Source: an uncultured delta proteobacterium | GTDB taxonomy: Bacteria; Desulfobacterota; RBG-13-43-22 | DNA length: 64,000 bases | Reading direction: 5' to 3' | Assembly: GCA_963743305.1 (NCBI GenBank) | Contig: CAVUPH010000012.1 | Coordinates: 1 to 64,000 of the forward strand | Part shown: one piece after another, positions 51,311 to 60,560 of the stretch | Layout of the letters: each line of letters opens with the position of its first letter | Position numbering within the stretch: the stretch's first letter is position 1 | Translations under genes and position numbers: made by a program | The notes under the pieces: model-generated | The model's input: the letters and a program-made list of their open reading frames with translations, nothing else | What the model was told of the DNA's origin: nothing | Databases searched by the model: none

Positions 51311-51389
51311 CGTCATCCCGGACTCGATCCGGGATCCAGGTGACTCAAGACTTTCACCGCCCTGGATTTCGGCGTTCGCCAGAATGACG
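51311..51389. repeat. Palindromic REP/RPE-like element
   Basis: CGTCATCCCGGACTCGATCCGGGATCCAG ... CTGGATTTCGGCGTTCGCCAGAATGACG. Confidence 0.65.
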
Positions 51390-51593
51390 ACCTAACAAAT
51401 TGAATAAACATAAATTTTCACGCTTCGGGGTACCCGGACCCGGCATGGGGGTTTAGTCTGAAATCGGGATTCCGTGGCGGCCGGATATCGGGGGTACCCA
51501 CCCAATAGGGCGGAAGCAATAGTTATTTTTTGTTCATCCTTAAGTATCCCTTGCAAGATTCCCACAGGGTAATTATACCCTATTTAATAATGC

Positions 51594-51622
51594 TTGACCA
51601 TTTGATCCGCTCCCTCTACAAT
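51594..51622 (+). promoter_or_regulatory. Sigma70 promoter
   Basis: TTGACC-17nt-TACAAT, 50 nt upstream of ATG 51673. Confidence 0.65.
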
Positions 51623-51672
51623 TTTTCAGGATAGATTTCCTATATTCTTAAGATCGACTGGAAGATAGCATC

Positions 51673-51945
51673 ATGGAGTCGGAATACCAAGTAATGGGTA
51701 AAATCATTGAAATTCGGGGGTCCGGAAAATGCTCTTATGGACATCGGGTTGGTGAGACCTTCGAATTCAAAGAAATGGGGTCCGCCATCTGCCAGTGGGC
51801 TCAGAACAGTATCTTCCCTTTTTATACGGTACTCAAGTTCGGGGGGAAGTTCCCTTGGCTGAAAGACCCGGACCGCCTGCAGGTGTCTTGTCCGGACCCG
51901 GCCAACGTGGTCGTCTTTGAACTCTGGAGGGAAGAAAATAAGTGA
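51673..51945 (+). CDS. TIGR04076-family small Cys protein
   Basis: G.C..GH.VGE.F, C..A, CPD..N.VVFEL. Confidence 0.8.
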   Translation: MESEYQVMGKIIEIRGSGKCSYGHRVGETFEFKEMGSAICQWAQNSIFPFYTVLKFGGKFPWLKDPDRLQVSCPDPANVVVFELWREENK

Positions 51946-52382
51946 AAATCATAGCGGTCTCCATCAGCGATCAAAAAGGAGTGCCCAAAAAAAATATCCC
52001 CCAGGGCTTGCTCCTGGAAGAATTTGGTTTGGAAGGTGACGCCCATGGGGGGCCTTGGCACCGCCAAGTCAGTTTGCTGGCCCTGGAAAGCATACAAAAG
52101 ATGCAGGATCTCGGCCTGAAGGTTCGACCCGGCTCCTTTGCTGAAAATCTCACCACGGAGGGGATCGATTTACCGGCCTTACCGATCGGGACCCGATTGC
52201 GGATCGGCCCCGAATCTTTGGCGGAGGTTACCCAGATCGGCAAGGTCTGCCATGACCGCTGCGCCATTTATCGCCTGGCCGGCGACTGTGTCATGCCCCG
52301 GGAAGGGATCTTTGTTCGAATTCTTAAGGGCGGCCCCGTAAAACCGGGCGATCCGATAACTCTCCTCGGAAGAGAAACCTGA
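51942..52382 (+). CDS. MOSC-domain protein
   Basis: GLEGDAHG, HRQVSLL, FAENLTT, QIGKVCH, CVMPREGIF. Confidence 0.92.
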   Translation: MKIIAVSISDQKGVPKKNIPQGLLLEEFGLEGDAHGGPWHRQVSLLALESIQKMQDLGLKVRPGSFAENLTTEGIDLPALPIGTRLRIGPESLAEVTQIGKVCHDRCAIYRLAGDCVMPREGIFVRILKGGPVKPGDPITLLGRET

Positions 52383-52396
52383 CCAAAAGAATTTTA

Positions 52397-52783
52397 ATGG
52401 CACAGGTCCACCGGCTTACCGCTAAAAACTGCCTTTATTACCAACGCGGACATTGCACCAAACCCCAGAACTCCATCCCCCCGGAGGAGGGAACCTGTCT
52501 CCTGATTGTGGAGCGAAAAAAAATCGGCCGTCAAGCCCTGGACCGTTTGAAGCGCCTGGAACGTTTTGACCTTTCGCGACCAGGAGCAGACCGAATGATC
52601 GCTGAGAAGTACATCGTGGATCGGAACCTAAAGGAAATGACCAAAGTCCAATGTAAAAATTTTATCGACTCCGGGGTCAACTTCCCCCCCTGCCTGCACC
52701 AGGTCAGCACCGGATGCGCCCTGAAGATGAGACGTTGTCAGGGACGATGTCCGGACTACGAAATAAAGCCACAAATCCCATAA
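52397..52783 (+). CDS. Cys-rich hypothetical protein
   Basis: Operonic ORF with CLYY..GHC and C...C......C.....C..RC..Y clusters. Confidence 0.65.
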   Translation: MAQVHRLTAKNCLYYQRGHCTKPQNSIPPEEGTCLLIVERKKIGRQALDRLKRLERFDLSRPGADRMIAEKYIVDRNLKEMTKVQCKNFIDSGVNFPPCLHQVSTGCALKMRRCQGRCPDYEIKPQIP

Positions 52784-52811
52784 AACCTCGTTAAAAAGGT
52801 ATTAATAGCTT

Positions 52812-53939
52812 ATGAACAACTTTGAGATCATCCACCGCGGCGACCCGAACGGCAACGGGTGGATCATCCGCCTGCCCTTGCCTTCGGGCCGAACCCTCTT
52901 CGGACTGGCGACTGAAAACATATACGGCGGTGACTGGGACCTGGGCCCCACCTGGAACTATATCGTTCAGGGCGAGTTTCCCTTCTTAATCGATACGGGC
53001 CGTTTCGGCATGGGAGGCCGGTTATTGGAAATGATGAAGCAGACCGACCTTCACTCGGAAGATTTAAAAGGAATATTCCTCACCCATGGCCATGAAGACC
53101 ACGACGGGGGATTACCGGAACTGGCCCGGGATACCAGCGCTTCGATTTGGGTCCATCCTCTGTACGACCTCCTCCGTCGCTCCTACCCCAACCTGGCCCC
53201 TCCGGCTACCAAAGAGGACTTCTCGGCTTCCTGCTGGCATTGCTTCATGCCCGGGACCTTTACCCAGTCCCATTGCCGGGAATACCACCGCCAGAGAGAT
53301 GATTTGAAAATAAACCGCCTGGAAGGATTGCGCTTTCCGCTGGATGGAGCGGTTAACTTGCATCATCTGCCGGGACACTGTCCGGACGCTTTGGCCTATC
53401 AGATCGGGTCGGAAGCCCTGATTGTGGGAGATACCCTGCTTCCGGACATCACTCCCCATCCTTCCCAGGAGGCCTTTTATCCACTCATCCAGCCCCTCCT
53501 GCCTCCAGATTTTCCACCCCAGTCGGCCTGTTATGGTCTGCGGGCTTATATCCGATCATTAAAACGGCTGGCGGTCTTGGGCCGGGAATATCCTCGGATG
53601 CAGGTCCTGCCGGCCCACCGGTTGTTTTACAATGACCGCTGGGGGATAATCGAGCTAAGGGAAAGAAGCGAAGAAATTATCGAGCACCACCTCCAGCGCT
53701 GTGCCTCGATCCTGGAAGTCCTGAAGAAGGGCCCAATGACGGCGGAGGAAATCGCCCGAGCCTATTACGAGGCAAAGTTGCTAAAGGGATTCGGGATCAG
53801 GATGGCGGAAAATGAAATAAAAAGCCACCTGGAGTTACTGGAGCATAGCGGGGATATCTTTTGGTCGGGTGCAGGAATCGCCTCAGCCACCGGGAAAACC
53901 GATTTTGAAGATTATATTCGACGGATCGAAGCCGATTGA
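52812..53939 (+). CDS. MBL-fold metallo-hydrolase with a C-terminal wHTH
   Basis: LIDTG, THGHEDHDGG, PGHCPD, VGD, LPAH. Confidence 0.88.
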   Translation: MNNFEIIHRGDPNGNGWIIRLPLPSGRTLFGLATENIYGGDWDLGPTWNYIVQGEFPFLIDTGRFGMGGRLLEMMKQTDLHSEDLKGIFLTHGHEDHDGGLPELARDTSASIWVHPLYDLLRRSYPNLAPPATKEDFSASCWHCFMPGTFTQSHCREYHRQRDDLKINRLEGLRFPLDGAVNLHHLPGHCPDALAYQIGSEALIVGDTLLPDITPHPSQEAFYPLIQPLLPPDFPPQSACYGLRAYIRSLKRLAVLGREYPRMQVLPAHRLFYNDRWGIIELRERSEEIIEHHLQRCASILEVLKKGPMTAEEIARAYYEAKLLKGFGIRMAENEIKSHLELLEHSGDIFWSGAGIASATGKTDFEDYIRRIEAD

Positions 53940-53977
53940 TTCGAAAGAAAATCCTTATATTTTAAAAAATATTCCCC

Positions 53978-54637
53978 TTAGTACACCTGAACCGCTTCCG
54001 TTTTCCCTCCGCCAAACCGGGTCATGGTCTCGGCGGCCAGCAATAATCCCTCCTGGATAGGCTCCTTATCAACCCCAGGGACAGCATAGGCATAAAAAAG
54101 CGCCCGTCGGGTGTTTTCAGAAACCCGTGTTTTTTCGTCCGCCCCTTGACAGAGCACGCAAACCACATCCTCCTCGTCCCGAAGCACGATCTCCCGGTCC
54201 TTCAGTAGAAATTCCCTCTTGCCCAGTCCCCGGCAGACCTCCCCTTCTCCGGCAAGGTCCAGCAGCAGAGCTCCTTTAAAACGATCGGCATCCGTCACGG
54301 CCACCAGGATGCCGGCGCACATTTCGGCCATAAAATGGGTATCTATCATAAGATTATAGCGGGGAAAACCGCTTTGGTTGGTCCGCTTCAGGTGTTTGGG
54401 CAAAGGGCATTCATACCCGAAAGATCGAAAAAAACGTTCGTAGGACTCGATGCGGCCGGTAATCCGGGCCAGGGTCTCCTTCTTCCGCATGAGGCGCAAA
54501 TGCTTCCGTTTGTATTCGTCAAAACCCGGTGGATTGACCGGGTTTTGACATCCCGAAATCAACGCCAGTCCGAAAGCCAAACCGGGGTAGGTGCTCTTAT
54601 ACGCTTCCGAAATCGAAAATTCAAGAGAAGTAGTCAT
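53978..54637 (-). CDS. Stand-alone B3/B4 (PheRS-beta editing-like) domain protein
   Basis: Y.RFF..FG, P..N.MID, D.DR..G.L.L, EIVLRDEE, KTRVSENT. Confidence 0.75.
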   Translation of the reverse strand: MTTSLEFSISEAYKSTYPGLAFGLALISGCQNPVNPPGFDEYKRKHLRLMRKKETLARITGRIESYERFFRSFGYECPLPKHLKRTNQSGFPRYNLMIDTHFMAEMCAGILVAVTDADRFKGALLLDLAGEGEVCRGLGKREFLLKDREIVLRDEEDVVCVLCQGADEKTRVSENTRRALFYAYAVPGVDKEPIQEGLLLAAETMTRFGGGKTEAVQVY

Positions 54638-54689
54638 TGTCTTGGCCCCGTGGGCGGCCTGCTGATCGAGACGCTCCCATCTCCCCCTT

Positions 54690-55764
54690 TCAGGCGATTT
54701 TCACCACCCAACCGAAGGGATCTTTTTTATCTCCATACTGAATGCCCGTTATTTCGTCATAAAGCCGTTGGGCCAGCGCTCCGGTTTTCCCGTCGGCCAC
54801 GGGAATAACCTGCTCCTGGAAGCCTATTTCGCCCACCGGGGAAATTACCGCCGCCGTGCCGGTGGCGAACATCTCCTTCAGCTTGCCGTCTTGGGCGGTC
54901 TTCAGTACCTCATCGATGGTAATGGGACGCTCGGTCACTTTGATCCCCCAGTCTTTTCGCCAGGTGGATAACGGAGTCCCGGGTCACACCGGGGAGGATC
55001 GTCCCGGCCAAGGGGGGGGTAATCAGCTCGTCCTGGATCAGGAAAAAGATATTGCTGGTTCCCACTTCTTCCACATACTTATGCTCGGCCGCGTCGAGCC
55101 AGAGCACCTGGGTGTAGCCCATCTCCTGGGCCTTGGAGGCGGCAAACAGGCTGGCGGCGTAGTTCCCGCCGGTCTTGGTCTCGCCCACCCCGCCTTTGGC
55201 GGCCCGAACATACGATTTGGTGACGTAAATTCGGGTGGGGCTGAAACCCTCCGGGTAGTAGGGACCCACCGGCCCGAGGATGATGAAAAAAAGATAGCGA
55301 TTGGAGGGCTTGACCCCCAGGGCGGCCTCGGTGGCGATCATGGTCGGACGAATATATAAGGAAGTCCCCTTCGATACGGGGATCCAGTCTCGATCCAGGA
55401 GGATAAGCGCTTTCATTCCTTGCATAAAAATATCCGGATCCGTTTCCGCCATGCACAGTCGCCGAGCCGAACGATTCCAGCGCTCAATATTCTTGTCCGG
55501 GCGAAAAAGGGCAATGGTCCCGTCAGTCCAGCGGTAGGCCTTCAACCCTTCAAAAATCTCCTGGCCGTAATGGAGGACCATGGCTGATGGATCCAAGGAA
55601 AGGGGCCCATAGGGTACGATCCGAGGGTCGATCCAGCCCTTACCCTTTTCGTAATCCATAAGGAACATGTGGTCGGTGAAATATTTCCCAAAACCCAGTT
55701 CAGACTCGTTTTTCGGCCTCGGCCGCCGGCCGATGGTGGTAGATTTGGTGATTGGGATTTCCAT
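54690..55764 (-). CDS. ilvE: Branched-chain amino acid aminotransferase (+1 frameshift near 54955)
   Basis: GFGKYFTDHM, LHYGQEIFEGLKAY, LYIRP, KTGGNYA, ILPGVTRDS, EMFATGTAAVISPVG. Confidence 0.95.
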
Positions 55765-55870
55765 GATTCAACACTCCTCCCGAACAGTATTTATTTCGAA
55801 ATCTGAAGAAACTTACTCCCTATCTTTTCTTTACCACTTTTTCAATCGAATATCCACCCTTTCAGAGATG

Positions 55871-55899
55871 TTGAAATTTCCAATTAAATGTATTATTAT
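55871..55899 (+). promoter_or_regulatory. Sigma70 promoter
   Basis: TTGAAA-17nt-TATTAT upstream of ATG 55951. Confidence 0.5.
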
Positions 55900-55950
55900 A
55901 AAAAAAAGGGCTGAACGGGCCCTTCAATTATATATACAGGGAGAAAAAAA

Positions 55951-56202
55951 ATGACCCATCACGAACCTTCCCCGTCTCCGGAAGAAAAAGCTGACTTTTT
56001 TACCGCCGAAATAGAAGACGGCGAACTGGTTATGAAACCCTTCTGTAAATGCGGCAACATCCTGGATGAAAAATATTTCTGTGAGAAATGTCAACGCCAA
56101 TGCCTGTGCACCGACATTATCTGTGCCGATGAAACCACCTTCCGCTTTGTCCAGGACAACCCCCCGTTTAAGAAGTTCAGGTTTTTTCTGGCCTCTAAGT
56201 AA
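55951..56202 (+). CDS. Small Cys-rich (zinc-ribbon-like) protein
   Basis: GGAG RBS; FCKCG, FCEKCQRQCLC. Confidence 0.7.
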   Translation: MTHHEPSPSPEEKADFFTAEIEDGELVMKPFCKCGNILDEKYFCEKCQRQCLCTDIICADETTFRFVQDNPPFKKFRFFLASK

Positions 56203-56332
56203 CTAATTAAATTATTTTTTTAAATTTCCGCCGTTTTACCTGGTCGGTTAGGGACGGGGGCGAAGTCTCATCCCATATCCAATCAACCCCTCATCTCCAA
56301 TTTTGATATTTATAATGAAAGGAAACTCAACG

Positions 56333-57202
56333 ATGGAAGAACATAAACCGGCTATTAAACCCGCTGACCGGGGCGAATCGATCATGCCGATTCACGGCAC
56401 TTTTAATTTCCAGTGCGGCCCCGGGGTCACCTGCTTCACGAATTGTTGCCGCGACGTCACCATCTTTTTGACCCCCTATGACATCCTGCGGATGAAAACT
56501 GCCTTGGGAATCTCTTCCGAAGATTTTATCGCCCAATATGCCCTGCCTATGACCGGAACCGACTCCGGTCTTCCTATTTTTATCCTGAAAATGGGCGAGG
56601 GCCCCGAGAAACGTTGTGCTTTTGTCGATCCTCAGAAAGGTTGCCGGGTCTATGAAGAACGCCCCTGGGCCTGCAGGATGTACCCCTTGGACAGCCGAGA
56701 AGGAGATGAAGGAGAAGAAGAGTTTTTCGTCACCGCCGACCCTCAAAAATGCCGGGGCCTACTGGCCGAGCATACCCTGACACCGGCGGAATGGGAAATA
56801 AACCAAGGTCTAAATGTTTATAAAGAGGTAGAGGAACTTTTCAACCAAGTGACTTCGGCCCAGCGAATCTGGGGAGACCATAAATTGGACGGCAAAGTCC
56901 AGAGTATGATCATCCTGGCCTGTTACGATACGGAACGGTTTCGAAAATTCATCTTTGGTAGCAACTTTTTGAAACTCTTCGATCTTTCTCCGGAAGAAAC
57001 CGAAACCTTGAAGACCGATGACCTGGCCTTGCTCAAACTCGGATTTAAATGGTTGCAATTCGGCCTGCTGGGAAAATCCACCCTGCCGGTGCGGGAAGAA
57101 GTCATCAAGGCTAAAGAAAAAGAACTGGGGGTTACTCTTCCTAAAGACGACGGGCTTTGGAAAAACCCGGAGATAAAGAAACCTCAGGGTCTTAGCCGTT
57201 AG
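56333..57202 (+). CDS. YkgJ-family Cys-cluster protein, copy 1
   Basis: FQCGPGVTCFTNCC, LTPYDILR, CAFV...GCRVYEERPWACRMYP, CRG; start uncertain (56303-56333). Confidence 0.88.
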   Translation: MEEHKPAIKPADRGESIMPIHGTFNFQCGPGVTCFTNCCRDVTIFLTPYDILRMKTALGISSEDFIAQYALPMTGTDSGLPIFILKMGEGPEKRCAFVDPQKGCRVYEERPWACRMYPLDSREGDEGEEEFFVTADPQKCRGLLAEHTLTPAEWEINQGLNVYKEVEELFNQVTSAQRIWGDHKLDGKVQSMIILACYDTERFRKFIFGSNFLKLFDLSPEETETLKTDDLALLKLGFKWLQFGLLGKSTLPVREEVIKAKEKELGVTLPKDDGLWKNPEIKKPQGLSR

Positions 57203-57210
57203 TCAAAAAA

Positions 57211-57969
57211 ATGAACTCCCCAGAACCCTTTCAGTTCCTGGAAAAAGAGGCTTTCACCTTTGCCTGTCATCCAGGAGTGCCTTGCTTTACGGAATGCTGC
57301 CGGGATCTGCGGCTGGTCCTGACCCCCTACGATATTTTGAGGCTAAAAAAACGTCTAGGCGTCACATCCGGAGCTTTCCTCGACGACTACACCGAACTGC
57401 AATTGGGCGAACACAACGGCTTCCCGGCGGTCTCTCTAAAAATGGAGGCTAATGATCGCCGGACTTGCCCCTTCGTAACCCCGCAGGGTTGCCGGGTCTA
57501 TGAAGATCGGCCCGGGGCCTGCCGGATCTACCCTGTGGGCCGGGGTGCATCTAAAAACGAGAGCCGGGGTCCAGCCAGGGAAATTTTTTTCGTGGTCCGG
57601 GAACCCCATTGCCTGGGATTTCAGGAAGATACCGACTGGACGATCGAGGGCTGGTCTAAAGATCAAGGCCTGGAACGGTACAACTATTTTAATGACTGCT
57701 GGATGGAGATCATCACTCATCGGGGTTCCTTGGGAGCGAGCGAGGTTATCCCCAAGAAAATGCAAATGTTCGCCATGGCCAGCTATAATCTTGATCGGTT
57801 CCGGGGTTTTGTCCTGGGCAGTCGATTCCTCGCCCTTTTTGAACTGCCTGAAGAAACCAGGGAGAAGATTAAAACCGACGATGAGGCATTGTTAGCCTTG
57901 GCCTGTCAATGGCTTAAGTTTGCCCTTTTTGGTGAAAAGACCCTCACTCTGAGGAAAAGCGATGAGTGA
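57211..57969 (+). CDS. YkgJ-family Cys-cluster protein, copy 2
   Basis: FACHPGVPCFTECC, LTPYDILR, CPFV...GCRVYEDRPGACRIYP, CLG. Confidence 0.9.
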   Translation: MNSPEPFQFLEKEAFTFACHPGVPCFTECCRDLRLVLTPYDILRLKKRLGVTSGAFLDDYTELQLGEHNGFPAVSLKMEANDRRTCPFVTPQGCRVYEDRPGACRIYPVGRGASKNESRGPAREIFFVVREPHCLGFQEDTDWTIEGWSKDQGLERYNYFNDCWMEIITHRGSLGASEVIPKKMQMFAMASYNLDRFRGFVLGSRFLALFELPEETREKIKTDDEALLALACQWLKFALFGEKTLTLRKSDE

Positions 57970-58498
57970 ATCCTGCCCCGGAGAAAAATACAAATCCGGC
58001 CTGCTGCCCCTTTCCACCGGTGAAACCATCAAAGAAGAGGTCATCCGGGATAGAATCGTCCGTCTTTTATTGAGCGAAAAGGGATATCAGGAAGAGGACT
58101 TGGAACTGGATGTGCCTTTCAGCCTGGTTATAGGTCCGGAAACCTTTTCGCTGAAGGCCTCCATCCTAATTCAATTGGGCGGGAAAAAGGTGGTGCTGAT
58201 CAAGTGCGGCGCCGGCTCCATTCTGGCCCGGGAGCGGTCCACACTGGCCCTGGCCCGCCTATTCACCGAATATCAAATTCCCCTCACCGTCGTGACCAAC
58301 AGCGAAGACGCCACCCTGTTGAATACCTTGAACGGGGAAACCCTGGAATGCGGCCTGGCGGCTATTCCGGGAAAGGGGCAACTCCTCGATCGTCTGGAGG
58401 AGCTGTCTTTTGTGCCACTCCCGGATAAACGCCTGAAAATGGAAAAGCAGATCTTGTCGGCCTTTGAGGCCTTGGGCCTGCATGGAGAATGCCACTAA
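57962..58498 (+). CDS. HsdR N-terminal-like (PD-(D/E)XK-like fold) stand-alone protein
   Basis: EE.IR..I...LL.EKGY, IKC..GS..ARER, VVTN. Confidence 0.7.
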   Translation: MSESCPGEKYKSGLLPLSTGETIKEEVIRDRIVRLLLSEKGYQEEDLELDVPFSLVIGPETFSLKASILIQLGGKKVVLIKCGAGSILARERSTLALARLFTEYQIPLTVVTNSEDATLLNTLNGETLECGLAAIPGKGQLLDRLEELSFVPLPDKRLKMEKQILSAFEALGLHGECH

Positions 58499-58526
58499 AA
58501 GCGCTATTTGATCTGAATATCGGTTT

Positions 58527-59288
58527 TTATTGCTTCCCGATATACCCAGCCCTTTCCCGAATGAGCGCGTCGATTTCCTTCCGGTTTTTGATCATGAAAT
58601 CAAGCAGCTGCTTGGAAAGGAAGGCCAACTGAGGAATGTCCCGAGCCTGTATATCCTCTATTTTGAACAGGATCTCGTTCCGGTACAGGTAGGCAACGAT
58701 GGCGTCCTCCGCATCCAGATGAACCTCGAACCGGTCCCTCAAATACTCCAGCCAGCGTCCAAACTCCTGGGAATGATCCAGATGGTCGACCGGTATCCCG
58801 CTCTCTAAACTCAACTGTTTGAAGGTCCCCGGCTCGGTTCCCGACCCTTTGAGGTAATCGAGTATATGGGCGAATTGATGAATCAGCGTGGAATCTTGAA
58901 TTTTGGGGGTAATGGCCAGATAAAAATGCCTAGGGTCGTTTACCCTGGTTTTCCGAGTATTGACCAGAATAGCGGCGCTGCCCTTTAGACCCTCCAGGGG
59001 GATTTCCTGACCGGAAACCCCCAAATTCCGGTACGCCTCCAGGTCGACGCACTTGATCCCCATCGAGCTATCCAGAATCCCGTCTTGGACCAAGGCCTCG
59101 ATCATTGCCCGGGAACGGCCGTAGTGGACCTCGGGTAATCCGCAAATCTTACGGCCGGCTTCCGGGTCCAAGACTTCCTTTTTCCTTAGGACCAGTTCCC
59201 CTTCCCGGCCCATATGGCACTTTTTGAATTTTTTCCCGCTTCCGCAGGGGCAGGGATCGTTTCGTCCTGTTTTGGACAGAGGTTCCAA
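58527..59288 (-). CDS. SEC-C motif protein
   Basis: GRNDPCPCGSGKKFKKCH; degenerate zincin-like HQFAH. Confidence 0.8.
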   Translation of the reverse strand: MEPLSKTGRNDPCPCGSGKKFKKCHMGREGELVLRKKEVLDPEAGRKICGLPEVHYGRSRAMIEALVQDGILDSSMGIKCVDLEAYRNLGVSGQEIPLEGLKGSAAILVNTRKTRVNDPRHFYLAITPKIQDSTLIHQFAHILDYLKGSGTEPGTFKQLSLESGIPVDHLDHSQEFGRWLEYLRDRFEVHLDAEDAIVAYLYRNEILFKIEDIQARDIPQLAFLSKQLLDFMIKNRKEIDALIRERAGYIGKQ

Positions 59289-59293
59289 TTCGG

Positions 59294-59560
59294 TTAATCC
59301 TCAATGATATCGCACTTCAAGGCATCGTAAGACCATACCGGAAGTGGACCCGTCTCGCCATTTTCCGGATTGTATCGGTGGCGGTAAGAGGCCTTGGCCT
59401 TCATGGTCTTCATGGTCCAGTCCCAACCCCGGACAAAATAGGGGCATTCGTCATTAAAACAGATGTACTGAAATTCCGATCCCCAGGTGGAAGCGGCCGG
59501 CGTTTTCCACTTCTTCATTTTCTGCCCGCAATGGGGGCATATGGTTTTATCCTCTTCCAT
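59294..59560 (-). CDS. Small zinc-ribbon protein
   Basis: CPHCG, ICFNDECPYFVRGW; GGAGG RBS. Confidence 0.8.
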   Translation of the reverse strand: MEEDKTICPHCGQKMKKWKTPAASTWGSEFQYICFNDECPYFVRGWDWTMKTMKAKASYRHRYNPENGETGPLPVWSYDALKCDIIED

Positions 59561-59855
59561 CGATTCTCTTTCCTCCCGTATTCAGTTACTCAAGTCTTGA
59601 TTAAAGTAATCGGCTGAGGCCTTTTTGTCAACTTTCTCCCGATAGCAAGGTTCCGTTGGAGTGTTCTGGGATGAGGGAAGCATGACTATGAAATTATTTG
59701 ACGCTTCTCCCTTTTGGGTGGGTACCCCCAGATCTGGTATGGCCCCAATTCAGTCTAAACTACCACATATTGTGCCCACCCACCCAAGTGGGCGAACAAC
59801 CAGTTATTTTCAGCCACCTGGAGGGAACCAAAGGCTGGAAATAAGACTGGTTTAA

Positions 59856-60560
59856 TCAGAATCCCAGATAGGCCTTGCAGACCTGCTCATCCTGGAGCAG
59901 GTCCCGGGACGGTCCTTCCCTAACGATCTCGCCATTCTCCAAAACATAGGCCCGCTGGGCGAGATTGAGGGAATGATGGACATTCTGTTCGACCAGGAGG
60001 ATAGTGATGCCATCCTGATTAATCTGCCGGAGGATGGCAAAGATGCTGTTGACCAGCAGGGGAGAAAGGCCCAAGGAGGGTTCATCCAGCATCAGGATTT
60101 TGGGGTTGGACATGAGTCCCCGTCCGATGGCCAGCATCTGCTGTTCCCCGCCGGAAAGGGTCCCCGCGATCTGGGACTGACGCTCCTCCAATCGGGGAAA
60201 TAGGGTGTAAATTTTTTTTAGGTTTTCCTTCTTGAATTTTCGGGCTTTAGGGTTCAAGGCCCCCAAGTCCAGATTTTCCAGGACGGTCATAGTCGGGAAG
60301 AGTTGCCTCCCTTCCGGGATCTGGATGATCCCCATTTCCACGATAGCCGAGGTCGACCGGTTCTGGATAGGCTGATCGTTCCAGGTGATGGTGCCGCGCT
60401 TCGGTCTCAGTATCCCGGAGATGCCGCGGATGGTGGTGGACTTCCCGGCCCCGTTGGAGCCGATGAGGGTGACGATTTCCCCTTCCCGGACTTCCAACGA
60501 GACTTCCCGCAGGGCCTGGAGATCCCCGTAAAACACGTCGATACGCTCAACTCGGAGCAA
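59856..60560 (-). CDS. livF: Branched-chain-amino-acid-type ABC ATPase
   Basis: GSNGAGKST, PEGR.LF, LSGGEQQMLAIGR, DEPSLGL; TTG start after GGAGG. Confidence 0.92.
   Translation of the reverse strand: MLRVERIDVFYGDLQALREVSLEVREGEIVTLIGSNGAGKSTTIRGISGILRPKRGTITWNDQPIQNRSTSAIVEMGIIQIPEGRQLFPTMTVLENLDLGALNPKARKFKKENLKKIYTLFPRLEERQSQIAGTLSGGEQQMLAIGRGLMSNPKILMLDEPSLGLSPLLVNSIFAILRQINQDGITILLVEQNVHHSLNLAQRAYVLENGEIVREGPSRDLLQDEQVCKAYLGF

Noticed and set aside
57962-58498. Type I restriction-modification system
   Set aside because: Only a small HsdR_N-like domain; no hsdM, hsdS or helicase domain nearby
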